Positions 41,742 to 51,651 of a DNA stretch of 64,000 bases are shown here, one piece after another; the stretch's first letter is position 1; the number at the start of each line of letters is the position of its first letter. The notes under the pieces were generated by a model. The model made no database searches and was not told the DNA's origin. It worked only from the letters and a program-made list of their open reading frames with translations. The DNA lies in NCBI GenBank assembly GCA_903839725.1, contig CAIMDG010000002.1:65078-129077 (forward strand), written 5' to 3'. Origin of the DNA: an uncultured bacterium. Lineage in GTDB: Bacteria > Patescibacteriota > Minisyncoccia > Phycocordibacterales > PALSA-1337. The position numbers were made by a program, and so were the translations under genes.

Positions 41742-42452
41742 TTAGTTTTCTATGGTGATTTGACCATTTCTATATACAACTACTGTACGATAATTGTCCG
41801 GATTACTGTCGCTCACGATTTTCACCCGTACACTTGTTATACCCGCAGCAGCATCACACTGAGGATTAACTCCGTCAGCATCTACCATGCATATATGCGA
41901 ACTTGAGTCTGGTCTTTTGAAATATACATCAACGGTTGGATAAGTTGAACCTATACTATGCGTTCTGGATTGATCAGTTATTCTATCTATATGTGCACCA
42001 TTTCTAAGGGTGTATGTATATATATCTGCAGATGATCCTGTTGGTCCTGTCAATGCTGGATACGTATAATACGTCTTCAATGAAGTGATAGGCATTGCAT
42101 ACAAAGTAAATGTGGTATTTACACTAGAACTAAAATGAATACCGTACACGCATTGAAAGGGGTTTGCTCCGGCCTGATTACAGGGATTATTTATATCATC
42201 GGCAGCTTTCACACTCACACCGAATGTTTGTGCTGTTCTGAATGTCAGTGCCATGTCATATGCCAAGTTAGTCAGAAGAACATTTTGATTGAAATTTCCG
42301 TATTTTGAGATGACGAGTGTTGTCATAAATACGAATATACTTACTGTCACCATGAGTTCCACGAGAGTGAAAGCACGAACAGCGAGAAAAGATCTTTTAC
42401 CAAGAGAAGATCTCGACGATGAACCATGCAACATAGAACGTAATAACTTCAT
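41742..42452 (-). CDS. prepilin-type N-terminal cleavage/methylation domain protein (minor pilin)
   Basis: 'RAFTLVELMVTVSIFVFM'. Confidence 0.6.
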   Translation of the reverse strand: MKLLRSMLHGSSSRSSLGKRSFLAVRAFTLVELMVTVSIFVFMTTLVISKYGNFNQNVLLTNLAYDMALTFRTAQTFGVSVKAADDINNPCNQAGANPFQCVYGIHFSSSVNTTFTLYAMPITSLKTYYTYPALTGPTGSSADIYTYTLRNGAHIDRITDQSRTHSIGSTYPTVDVYFKRPDSSSHICMVDADGVNPQCDAAAGITSVRVKIVSDSNPDNYRTVVVYRNGQITIEN

Positions 42453-42543
42453 TGCTATTATTATACATTAAATAGCCAATCACTCGCTACCATCCTCGGT
42501 GCACTCTAGAAAATCAGGCCAAACATGGGGTGCCTCAATAACT

Positions 42544-43347
42544 CTAGAAATATGAAGCTATAATTTGTTTCAAGAGACTAAAATCGAGCACTTGAACATG
42601 GAATAAAAGCACGAGATACATGCCGAGAATAAGATACGGACCAAATGGTATCTCTGTTTTTGCTTTGAATTTCTTGTACACAATGAAAAGCCATAGGACA
42701 CTGAATACTGAACCAATCCAAAATGCCAAAATGAGAGCATTTATACCTGCCCCGATACCGAGTAACCACCCAATACCGAGAACGAGCTTGGCATCACCGA
42801 GACCCATCCATGATCCCTTTGATACAAGCCACATAAGAGCAAATGGGAGAGCTAATAGTGGACCTGCAAGTAATGCTGAAAGTGTAGGCACATGGAACCA
42901 TGAGCTTCCTCCAACAAAAAGACTGATAATAGCGAGAATAGAAAAGGTATACGAAAACTGGTCAGGAATAATTTTATGTTTGATATCATACACCGTAACA
43001 ACCAGAAGAAGACAGGTAATAATTGCGTACAAAATAGTGACAGATGCAGTAAGGGGTGTCGTTGGAGGAAATGCCAAGAAGATAAGAACGAAGATAGCAC
43101 CAGCGATGAATTCAACGAGTGGATACTGCCACGAAATCTTACTCTTACACTTTTTGCATGCCCCCTTTTGAACGAGAAAACTGAACAATGGCACTAACTC
43201 TTTCCAGGTCAATGTTTCTCCACATGACATACACTTCGAACGACCATTGATGCCAACACCTGTGTTGAAACGAAGTGATACCACATTCAAGAAACTTCCG
43301 ATGATTGTACCAAAAATAAATGAAAATATAATAGAAAAAATATCCAT
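42544..43347 (-). CDS. pilD: prepilin peptidase (A24 family)
   Basis: Zn-binding 'CMSCGE...CKKCKSKI' pairs and a polytopic membrane domain with 'GLGDAKL' catalytic Asp. Confidence 0.8.
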   Translation of the reverse strand: MDIFSIIFSFIFGTIIGSFLNVVSLRFNTGVGINGRSKCMSCGETLTWKELVPLFSFLVQKGACKKCKSKISWQYPLVEFIAGAIFVLIFLAFPPTTPLTASVTILYAIITCLLLVVTVYDIKHKIIPDQFSYTFSILAIISLFVGGSSWFHVPTLSALLAGPLLALPFALMWLVSKGSWMGLGDAKLVLGIGWLLGIGAGINALILAFWIGSVFSVLWLFIVYKKFKAKTEIPFGPYLILGMYLVLLFHVQVLDFSLLKQIIASYF

Positions 43348-43350
43348 AAA

Positions 43351-43938
43351 TTAGAGTTTTGAACTGAGACAATATAATTTTGATGTTTTGTATGCTGGAT
43401 CACTGTCAAAACATACTAAATGATATGAATCTTGCGGAAGTATAGGATGAGTAACATCTCCAAACTGTCTAATTTCAAGCAGACCTTCTGCAGCATTATT
43501 AAAACTGTCTGATTGAATAGAACTATTTTGTTCAAGAGTGGTACGGAGTAAAAAAGCATTTTTGGCAGTATTTCTTACATATTCATAATATGTACTAGTC
43601 CCCGGATCCTTCGGAACTGTCCCTAAATAATCTCCCAAAGTGACTTGCTGTGGTGATATGTTAGGGCACGATGTACCCAAATTAAAATCAGCCTTTCCTG
43701 CTGTTTCTGATGCCGGATACTCTCTACATCTATCAAAATAATACGCCAATGCAACCTGAATATTTCCCAAATCAGACACCCTCTTTCCATCTCGAGACTT
43801 TGCTTTTGCACTACTGAAATTTGCCACAACGACAGTTGTTAATATGCCGATGATGGCAACAACTATCATGAGTTCTATAAGTGAGAAGGCGCGGTTTTGA
43901 CAAGGTCTACCCTTGTTGGAGAATAATTTGAATTTCAT
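43351..43938 (-). CDS. type IV pilin-like protein whose leader peptide is encoded by a REP copy
   Basis: 'RAFSLIELMIVVAIIGIL'. The leader 'NKGRPCQNRA' is translated from the REP at 43899-43916. Confidence 0.65.
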   Translation of the reverse strand: MKFKLFSNKGRPCQNRAFSLIELMIVVAIIGILTTVVVANFSSAKAKSRDGKRVSDLGNIQVALAYYFDRCREYPASETAGKADFNLGTSCPNISPQQVTLGDYLGTVPKDPGTSTYYEYVRNTAKNAFLLRTTLEQNSSIQSDSFNNAAEGLLEIRQFGDVTHPILPQDSYHLVCFDSDPAYKTSKLYCLSSKL

Positions 43939-44654
43939 GGATAGAATTATATCACAGTTGTTTTGACAAGGCCTACCCTTGTCGATTAAGTATATTACCC
44001 TGAACTCGAATTGTTCCTACATAATCCATGAAGCTTGAATATACATATCTTATTGAACATTCGAACGCTTCAACCGGATACTCTCTTCGTGCGTCTTTGG
44101 TCATATCTGGTTCATCAATACCGTATGGATTCAAGTGAATATATTGAATCAAGTATCTAAAATAATTATCATCACTAACATGTTTTGATTTGTATTGCCC
44201 TTGAAATATGGTCCCTGAATGATCATATTTGTGGTTAAAGTATGTCGAATAACTCGTACATATTTTATGTATAAATGTATATATACCATTCTCTACTTTC
44301 TCTTTTAATGCTAGATGGAAATGGTTTGGCATTAAACAGTATGCTTTTATGTCGACAAGGGTAGACCTTGTAAACAAAAACATATGATTTGGTTTCAATT
44401 TTTTAAAATCTAACTTATGAGTATCATTGGCAGCATATAATAAACACATAAAACGTTCATAATCACTCGTATCAAGAAATATAGGTGCTTTGTGAGCCCC
44501 TCGGTTATACACATGGTAGTATTCATTAATTATATGCATAAGTAATTCAACAGGGCGACAAAGTCTACCCTTGTTTAATTACAATATCACTAACGTATGA
44601 AGATTCTGTGAAAAAAGAATCAAAATTGAATGAAGAACAAGGGTAGGCCTTGTT
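43899..44654. repeat. Cluster of five REP-like 18-bp hairpin repeats around the RAYT gene
   Basis: Copies at 43899-43916, 43965-43983, 44354-44371 (inverted), 44557-44574 and 44637-44654 (inverted). Consensus 'GACAAGG(T/C)CTACCCTTGT' with stem ACAAGG/CCTTGT. Confidence 0.75.
43973..44539 (-). mobile_element. IS200/IS605-family Y1 transposase, REP-associated (RAYT-like)
   Basis: 'YHVYNRG' N-terminal motif, HuH 'MPNHFHLAL' and C-terminal Tyr region 'YLIQYIHLNPYG'. Flanked on both sides by REP hairpins. AT-rich. Confidence 0.7.
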
Positions 44655-44707
44655 ATACAAAACCACCCCGCAGAAGCGGGGTGGTGAAGAAACCTGGAAA
44701 AGTCAGA

Positions 44708-45202
44708 CTATATACAAGCACCGTTATTCTGAACAGTAGCATCGATAGCAGTCTTGCCAGATATATTCTTAGCATTACCACTACTATCAACACAGTAAGA
44801 ACCTGAAGCATCTGGGAGAATTACTGATGCAGACCACTTTCCAGCAGCAGTAGCGACATCAGCTGAACAGGTTACCTTTTCTGCAGCTACACTAATATTT
44901 GAGTTGATACCAGTGACAATATTAGTTACTCCACTTGTACTAAATACTGATCCTGTATTACATGCAGCAGTTGTACCAAAGCCTGTTGCTACAAGAATAC
45001 CATAATCTCCTCCATTTGCTGCCAATTCGACTGCACTGCGCAAACTACTCATTTGAGCCTTTGTAGCAGCCGCTTTACCCTTACTTCGTGCTGTTCCCAA
45101 CGAAACCAACACAACTGAACTCAAAATACCAATGATGGCAATAACGACGAGCAATTCGATAAGAGTGAAACCTCCTTCTTTGTTATGTAAATTCTTTTTC
45201 AT
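44708..45202 (-). CDS. pilA: type IV pilin (probable major pilin)
   Basis: 'GGFTLIELLVVIAIIGILSSVV' class III signal sequence. A 164-aa mature domain with C-terminal Cys pair. Confidence 0.75.
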   Translation of the reverse strand: MKKNLHNKEGGFTLIELLVVIAIIGILSSVVLVSLGTARSKGKAAATKAQMSSLRSAVELAANGGDYGILVATGFGTTAACNTGSVFSTSGVTNIVTGINSNISVAAEKVTCSADVATAAGKWSASVILPDASGSYCVDSSGNAKNISGKTAIDATVQNNGACI

Positions 45203-45328
45203 AGAATGAAATTATTTATAAATATTAATTGATCTAATAATTCAAAACTCACAATTAAGAGTCATTGAGACTATTATAGCACCCCTCGAAACATCAAGGA
45301 CTTTCAAGGTGTGGATAACAGGTGGAAT

Positions 45329-46540
45329 CTACTGACTTGAAGCAATGTTGTAGATAGGGATGAGCACAGAAGCCAATAATACAGCCACTCCCCCGCCAAG
45401 CATCACGATCATGAGTGGTTCGATAAGAGATACGATGGATTCGATGGCCGTAGAAACTTCACGTGCGTAAAAACGTGATACCGTCTTCAAGATAGTGCCC
45501 ACTTCTCCAGTCTCTTCACCAACTTTCATCATCTGAGTCATGATGCCAGGAATCTGACGTGGATTGTTAGCAAGTGATTCTGACAATGTCTTACCGCCTT
45601 TCACTGCACCGACAGCTTCGGTCAAGATGCCTTCATATATTTTGTTATTGATAACATTCGAGGTCAACTCGAGAGCGCGAACGATAGGAATACCTGAGGC
45701 CAACATTGTTGACATGTTATCGGCGAGACGTGAAAGATAGAGCTTACGATACAGTGTGCTGATGTATGGAACAGATATCTTGAATTGATCAAATGCCATA
45801 CGTCCTGCTGGTGTACGAATAAAACGAATGACCAAGAATACTACGACAACAAATACACCAATAAGAATAAATCCATAACTCACCAAGAAATTACTGATAC
45901 CGAGCACAATCTGAGTATATATAGGAATCTCTTGACCAGACTGAGTCATGATTTCACTGATCTTTGGAATAACCATAGTGAACATCAATATCATAACCAC
46001 AAAGAATGTAACAACGATGAATGCAGGATAGATAAGAGCACCTCTCACTTTTGATGATAGTTCGTACGTACGCTCGAGATAATCAGCCAGATACTGGAAT
46101 GTTTCATCAAGCTTTCCGGACTCTTCACCGGCCTTGACCATGTTCACATAAAAATCAGAGAATATTTTTGGGTGCTTTGCGAGCGCTGCTGAAATCGAGT
46201 TACCACTTTGTAAATCATCAGCAATAATCTCCAATTTGTCTCCCAAAAGCCGATTTTCTGTTTCAGAACTCAACAAACGAAACACACGCAATGCTGAAAC
46301 TTGCGCTTGGAACAATGTTGCCAACTGACGTGACAATATCACCACATCCTTCATCGGTACTCGGTCAAAAAAGGCAATATTCTTCGAAAGCATCGACTTA
46401 CTACCCTGGGCTTCCTTGATCGATGCAAGCACCAAACCACGACGTTGCAACGAAGAAATTGCAACTTCAACATTCACCGCATCAATAGATCCGGATTTTT
46501 GTGCGCCTGCCTCATCGAGTGCTTCGTAATTGAATAACAT
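45329..46540 (-). CDS. pilC: type IV pilus assembly platform protein PilC (GspF family)
   Basis: Two GspF repeats with 3 TM segments. ~400 aa. Confidence 0.85.
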   Translation of the reverse strand: MLFNYEALDEAGAQKSGSIDAVNVEVAISSLQRRGLVLASIKEAQGSKSMLSKNIAFFDRVPMKDVVILSRQLATLFQAQVSALRVFRLLSSETENRLLGDKLEIIADDLQSGNSISAALAKHPKIFSDFYVNMVKAGEESGKLDETFQYLADYLERTYELSSKVRGALIYPAFIVVTFFVVMILMFTMVIPKISEIMTQSGQEIPIYTQIVLGISNFLVSYGFILIGVFVVVVFLVIRFIRTPAGRMAFDQFKISVPYISTLYRKLYLSRLADNMSTMLASGIPIVRALELTSNVINNKIYEGILTEAVGAVKGGKTLSESLANNPRQIPGIMTQMMKVGEETGEVGTILKTVSRFYAREVSTAIESIVSLIEPLMIVMLGGGVAVLLASVLIPIYNIASSQ

Positions 46541-46545
46541 ATAAA

Positions 46546-47604
46546 TTAAATAAGTCTTTCCAACGTCTTTGGATTCTGAGAATGCACATAGGCACTCTCA
46601 ACAGTAATCTCACCTGCACGTACCAACTCCGCCAACGAACGATCCATATCGATCATACCCTCTTGTGAACTTGTCTCGATGATAGTATTTATTTCATGAA
46701 TACGTTTCTCACGAATGAGGTTGGCGACAGCATTGTTATTGATGAGCAACTCATATGCAGGAATGAGACCGCCTGATATTCGTGGAATGAGACGTTGTGA
46801 GAAAATTCCATTCAACGATCCTGCAAGCTGTATACGAATCTGATCTTGTTGTCCTGGTGGGAATGAGTCGATGATGCGATTGATCGTCTGGGCCGCATTG
46901 TTGGTATGAAGTGTCGAGAAAACCAAGTGACCTGTTTCCGCCGCAGTTACCGCAGTGCCGATGGTATTGATGTCGCGCATTTCCCCCAACATAACTACGT
47001 CAATATCTTCACGGAACATAGCGGTCAATGCATTTGGAAAATCTGGAGTATCAACACGAACTTCTCGCTGATCGATAATAGACTTTTTTGACTCAAACAA
47101 ATATTCGACTGGATCCTCAATAGTCAAAATGTGAGCAGGGCGTGATTGGTTGATCATTTCGATCATGGTGGCGAGTGTCGTTGTTTTTCCATTACCTATT
47201 GGACCAACCACAATGAAGAATCCTTGTGACTTGCGGGTAAATGATTCCAAAATTGGAGGCAGACCAAGTTCAGCAAGAGTACGGATAACTTTCGGGATCA
47301 AGCGGAGCGCAATCGACATGCTTCCTTGGTGAAAATATACATTTCCACGGAAACGAGCATTGTCCAAAGAATATGAAAAGTCAGCACTTCTCTCTTTGTT
47401 CAAAATATCTTTTGCAGGACCAGAAAGGAATACATCTGCATATCCTTTCATATCTTGTTCAGTGATCACTTGACGCTTCATGAGAGGAATAAGACTCCCT
47501 GAAATACGCACGAATGGTGTTCTTCCTACAGAAAGGTGTATGTCAGAAGCTCCCTGTTTGAGGATGAGATCAACTAAATCCTGAATTTCTTTTTTGTAAT
47601 CCAT
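46546..47604 (-). CDS. pilT: type IV pilus retraction ATPase PilT
   Basis: ~350-aa GspE-family ATPase without N-terminal domain. Walker A 'GPIGNGKTT'. Confidence 0.85.
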   Translation of the reverse strand: MDYKKEIQDLVDLILKQGASDIHLSVGRTPFVRISGSLIPLMKRQVITEQDMKGYADVFLSGPAKDILNKERSADFSYSLDNARFRGNVYFHQGSMSIALRLIPKVIRTLAELGLPPILESFTRKSQGFFIVVGPIGNGKTTTLATMIEMINQSRPAHILTIEDPVEYLFESKKSIIDQREVRVDTPDFPNALTAMFREDIDVVMLGEMRDINTIGTAVTAAETGHLVFSTLHTNNAAQTINRIIDSFPPGQQDQIRIQLAGSLNGIFSQRLIPRISGGLIPAYELLINNNAVANLIREKRIHEINTIIETSSQEGMIDMDRSLAELVRAGEITVESAYVHSQNPKTLERLI

Positions 47605-47608
47605 ATAG

Positions 47609-48007
47609 TTATACTTTCTTACTAGCTGTTATTTTTTCAACTTCCAACAATACTTCGGAAGGGATAGCTGTTGCTTTGACGATATACCCATCGACGTTAA
47701 GCTTCTTGGCGCGTGCAATATCATCAGAGGTTCCTTGGTTAGTCAGCATAATAATCACTGCAGTAGGTATCAAATTTTCTTTGCGAATCGCTTCCACAAA
47801 TGACAGTCCGTCCATTCCTGGCATCACGATATCACACGTGATCACATCTGGTACAAATCCCTCTTCCTTTATCATCTTGAGAGCAGCGAGTGTAGAATCA
47901 CATGTCTTGACCTGATAGCCAGCCTTGGTGAATTTGAGGGCATACATGTCAAGCAAGAATCTATCATCATCTATACATAAAATTTTCTTCTGGATAGGTT
48001 CTGGCAT
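47609..48007 (-). CDS. CheY-like response regulator (PilH-like)
   Basis: Receiver domain: 'DDD' acid pocket, phospho-Asp context 'ITCDIVMPGMDG' and a conserved Lys. Start set at 'MPEPIQKKI'. Confidence 0.7.
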   Translation of the reverse strand: MPEPIQKKILCIDDDRFLLDMYALKFTKAGYQVKTCDSTLAALKMIKEEGFVPDVITCDIVMPGMDGLSFVEAIRKENLIPTAVIIMLTNQGTSDDIARAKKLNVDGYIVKATAIPSEVLLEVEKITASKKV

Positions 48008-48060
48008 GAATATATTATACAGGAGAAATCGTGGTGACGTTATCCACATTACATAGTATC

Positions 48061-48186
48061 CAAAACCCACAGGAGGGGTGCATACTCATTTTTTACACAA
48101 GTTTAGAGACATGTACATTACTCAGTGTACCTCAATGTTTACAAACTTGTGTAAAAAATGAGTATGCACCCCTCCTGTGGGTTTTG
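48061..48186. repeat. Family-1 palindromic intergenic element, copy 2
   Basis: Arms 'CAAAACCCACAGGAGGGGTGCATACTCATTTTTTACACAAGTTT' and its reverse complement. Core 'AGAGACATGTACATTACTCAGTGTACCTCAATGTTTAC'. Confidence 0.8.
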
Positions 48187-48224
48187 TCACCAATATAACG
48201 TCACTACCATTTCTTAATTTCCTA

Positions 48225-49964
48225 CTAGAGCTTTGTCACCTCTTCAAATGGAATAATCTTTTGGGATGCTTTGAGAATAGCGTCATTCTTGACGGTGAGC
48301 ATTCCTTTGCGTCGAAGAATCTTCATGATTTCATTTTCTGTTGGCGTCTTGAGTATTATTTCTTCAATTTCTTTGTCCATTTTGAACATTTCGAACACTG
48401 CCATACGACCACGAGTACCCTTTGGACATTCGGGTGTAGGTTTTATCTTGTACATAGTATCTCCAATTGCAATTTTACTACGGAACTCCTGAGGAAGATC
48501 CTCGAATTCACGGTCAATCATCGCTTTGACACTTCCGTCGACTTGCATCAGTTCTCCACTGTTCGGACACAATACACTTACGAGACGCTGAGCTACAGAC
48601 AAGATGAGTGTAGGTGCAATCAAGTACGGATCAACTCCCATGTCGATCAGACGAGGGATCACACCGGCTGAATTGTTGGTGTGGAGTGTTGAGAATACCA
48701 AGTGACCGGTAAGAGCTGCCTGCACAGCCAACTGAGCAGTTTCTTTATCGCGGATTTCTCCCACCATGATGACATCGGGGTCCTGACGAAGTGTCGTACG
48801 CAAACCAGCGGCAAATGTATATCCTATTTCTGGGCGCACTTGTGACTGACTCACTCCTTCGATCGAGTATTCAACTGGATCTTCGAGAGAAAGCACGTTG
48901 TACTTCTCGCGATCGATTTCATTCAAGACAGAATACAATGTTGTTGATTTTCCGGAACCTGTAGGACCTGTAATCAAGATCATGCCGTACGGCTTCGCTA
49001 TCGCTTCACGTAATGTTGCGAGATTTTCTGGAGACATGCCGATCTGATCCAATGTACGAATACCTTTTGCTTGGTCGAGGATACGCATTTCAACCTTTTC
49101 CCCATAATATGACGGGAATGTAGAGACACGGAAGTCAATACGTCTTCCATCAATACGTGCCGTAAAACGGCCGTCTTGAGGCTTTCTTTTCTCATCGAGA
49201 CGCATGTTCGAAAGCACTTTGATACGAGCAACTACTGCCGAGTGAACCTGTGCAGGCAAAACGAGACTTGTATTCAAATCTCCATCAACACGGAAACGAA
49301 CACGGACTTTGTCACGCATATGTTCAATGTGCACGTCAGACGCATCCCCTTCAACGGCATAACGGACGATAGTAGCCACGATCTTTACTACTGGAGCATC
49401 TTCAATAATGATGGCATTTTCTTTTTCTTTGTTTGCTGCAGTAGGAACATTTTGTTGTGCAAGCTCTTCTTTTGAAAGAGTGTCACTTGTATCAACTGAC
49501 AATTCTGTTTCCAATTCTGAAAGAGCTTTCGAAACTTCTCCGGTCATGCCCTTATAGGCATCAATCACTTTACCAAAATCATCGAGTGTAATCAGGAATA
49601 CTTTGTAAGGAATATTCTTTTTTGCAGCAAGAAAGTTGAGCGCATCACGTGCCTCCATGTTGTTCGGGTCGACGATACCCACTTCGAGCACCCCTTCCTT
49701 GAGAGCCAGAGGTGCAAAATGATAGTGAACAGCTGATTCTTCTGGGATATAATCCAATACATCAAAAGGAATTGATGATTCTACAACTGAACGAACAGGA
49801 ATATTCAAGAATTCACCACGAGCAATGATAATATCTTCTGGTTTCACACCACGTGCGACAAGAGCCTCGTCGATAGTTGCACCAGAAGACATCTGCTTGC
49901 GCACTTCGCCGAGATCATCTTTCGTGATTAATTTTTTTTGTAGAAGTATATCGAGTACTGACAT
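48225..49964 (-). CDS. pilB: type IV pilus assembly ATPase PilB (GspE family)
   Basis: N-terminal GSPII_E_N domain. Walker A 'GPTGSGKST' and tetracysteine-like 'CP...CPKG' motif. Confidence 0.85.
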   Translation of the reverse strand: MSVLDILLQKKLITKDDLGEVRKQMSSGATIDEALVARGVKPEDIIIARGEFLNIPVRSVVESSIPFDVLDYIPEESAVHYHFAPLALKEGVLEVGIVDPNNMEARDALNFLAAKKNIPYKVFLITLDDFGKVIDAYKGMTGEVSKALSELETELSVDTSDTLSKEELAQQNVPTAANKEKENAIIIEDAPVVKIVATIVRYAVEGDASDVHIEHMRDKVRVRFRVDGDLNTSLVLPAQVHSAVVARIKVLSNMRLDEKRKPQDGRFTARIDGRRIDFRVSTFPSYYGEKVEMRILDQAKGIRTLDQIGMSPENLATLREAIAKPYGMILITGPTGSGKSTTLYSVLNEIDREKYNVLSLEDPVEYSIEGVSQSQVRPEIGYTFAAGLRTTLRQDPDVIMVGEIRDKETAQLAVQAALTGHLVFSTLHTNNSAGVIPRLIDMGVDPYLIAPTLILSVAQRLVSVLCPNSGELMQVDGSVKAMIDREFEDLPQEFRSKIAIGDTMYKIKPTPECPKGTRGRMAVFEMFKMDKEIEEIILKTPTENEIMKILRRKGMLTVKNDAILKASQKIIPFEEVTKL

Positions 49965-50002
49965 AAAGGGCGAATGGTATTATTACTATACTCTATGCTC
50001 TA

Positions 50003-50353
50003 CTAACGAGTCGCTCCTGCTGCTGGCTTTGACTTTGTAGCCTCTCCTGGTAGTGGTGCAAAAGGGTTTGATCTGCCGACTGCCTGATCAGGTATATCAA
50101 CTGAATAATCATACAATTTTGTATATGCAGGATCCTGGAATAATTGACTATCAATATGCAACAATCGAATTTGATTGAGCAATGAAAGAACTTGTGTCTG
50201 ATCAACAGAAGATGCGCCTGTGGCAGTAACTCCTATTCCTCCAGTGTTCGAAGAACTATCCTGGCCATAAAAGTAAAAGAATATTCCACCGCCAATAACG
50301 ACGATTACAATAATCCAAATCCATGTTTTCATTGAAGATGATTGGGTATTCAT
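50003..50353 (-). CDS. small bitopic protein in pilus operon (PilP-like?)
   Basis: Single N-terminal TM helix and a Pro/Ala-rich C-terminus. Operon context only. Confidence 0.3.
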   Translation of the reverse strand: MNTQSSSMKTWIWIIVIVVIGGGIFFYFYGQDSSSNTGGIGVTATGASSVDQTQVLSLLNQIRLLHIDSQLFQDPAYTKLYDYSVDIPDQAVGRSNPFAPLPGEATKSKPAAGATR

Positions 50354-50360
50354 GATAGTG

Positions 50361-50924
50361 CTATTGGCGGAGCCAATATGTTTTAAGTTCAACTCCAAAA
50401 TCGTACGTTCCCGTATCACTTCCTGACAAGGTCAAATGTGTAATATCCATAATACGCAAACTCTTTTCAAGATCATTCAAGAAATTGATAAATTGGCCAT
50501 ATTGAGCGGTTGTATTGAAAGAAACGGTAACCGTATCGAGAGTAGGAACTGACAAACTATTATTGGAAGCGGACTTAATACCTGAATCTTTCTTTCCGTC
50601 AGATGATGCAGAGGCTCTAATATTCTTGAGAGAAAAACCATTTTTAACGGCAATACTATTCAAGTCAATAACCAAGCGAATATTATCGACAGTGTCAGGA
50701 ATCATCTTTTTCATACGAGCCTGATCGTCACTCGAAACATTGTTCCAGTCCTTGCGAACCTCTTCACGAAGTCTAATGAGTTCTTTTGCGCTCGAAAGAG
50801 CTGAAACATAGCCGCTACTGACTAGGTTTGTCGTCTTGATCTCCTCCATCAATTTGTTTGTATACGTAAAATACAAACCAATTGAGAGTCCGATGAGAAT
50901 GATTGCGATAAGATTACGGTTCAT
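50361..50924 (-). CDS. pilus assembly protein PilO-like
   Basis: N-terminal TM and coiled-coil, ~190 aa, in PilM-N-O gene order. Confidence 0.45.
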   Translation of the reverse strand: MNRNLIAIILIGLSIGLYFTYTNKLMEEIKTTNLVSSGYVSALSSAKELIRLREEVRKDWNNVSSDDQARMKKMIPDTVDNIRLVIDLNSIAVKNGFSLKNIRASASSDGKKDSGIKSASNNSLSVPTLDTVTVSFNTTAQYGQFINFLNDLEKSLRIMDITHLTLSGSDTGTYDFGVELKTYWLRQ

Positions 50925-50928
50925 ATGA

Positions 50929-51591
50929 TTATTGATTGTTATCTGAACCCTGATTTGCTGTCGAACTTGCTACAAAATCCTTGTATAGAAAATTCTTGGC
51001 ATCTACCGTAGCACTAAATCCAAAAGACACTGTTCCTGAAGAATCCAAAGATGGGTCAGACAATATAGGATTCTTAATAATCTTACTCAAACCATATTTT
51101 TCAAGTTGACTAAGCACGTCAGACTGGAATGCAACTGAAGGAAATGATGTTCCGTATCCACGCATACTGATTTTGATACTATCACCTGCCGCATTGAGTC
51201 CTGCTGGAGCAGACACATCAAGATTGAGGAAGCGAACATTTTCGATAGTAAATCGTCCAAGAATATCAAAGATACGTGATATTGATAAGTGATTGTTGAT
51301 GAGCTTACGTGACAAATCAATTTTGTTTTGTTTTTGTTTCAAGAATTCAATATCGCTCACGCCAAACTCTTTTTGGCGAGCAGTAAGATCATTCTTATAT
51401 TGTTGCTGGAGATTGGAGACGTGATCATTCCAAAAATACGCACCGCCCGCACCTGCAAGAGAAGCGATGAAAATGATACTAGCAATCAAAAGAAATAGAC
51501 TCGAAATCCCATATGTCGAATTCGAAATATGCGACCCTGTCTGAGAGAGTTGTTTTTTGGGTATAAACGAAGTTTGGAATTTGGTCTCCAT
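50929..51591 (-). CDS. pilus assembly protein PilN-like
   Basis: Bitopic ~220 aa protein following PilM. Confidence 0.45.
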   Translation of the reverse strand: METKFQTSFIPKKQLSQTGSHISNSTYGISSLFLLIASIIFIASLAGAGGAYFWNDHVSNLQQQYKNDLTARQKEFGVSDIEFLKQKQNKIDLSRKLINNHLSISRIFDILGRFTIENVRFLNLDVSAPAGLNAAGDSIKISMRGYGTSFPSVAFQSDVLSQLEKYGLSKIIKNPILSDPSLDSSGTVSFGFSATVDAKNFLYKDFVASSTANQGSDNNQ

Positions 51592-51651
51592 AATAGATTC
51601 TGTGTAAGTATATCAGGAATCCGTCTACAGAGCTTGTGTATAACGTATTCC

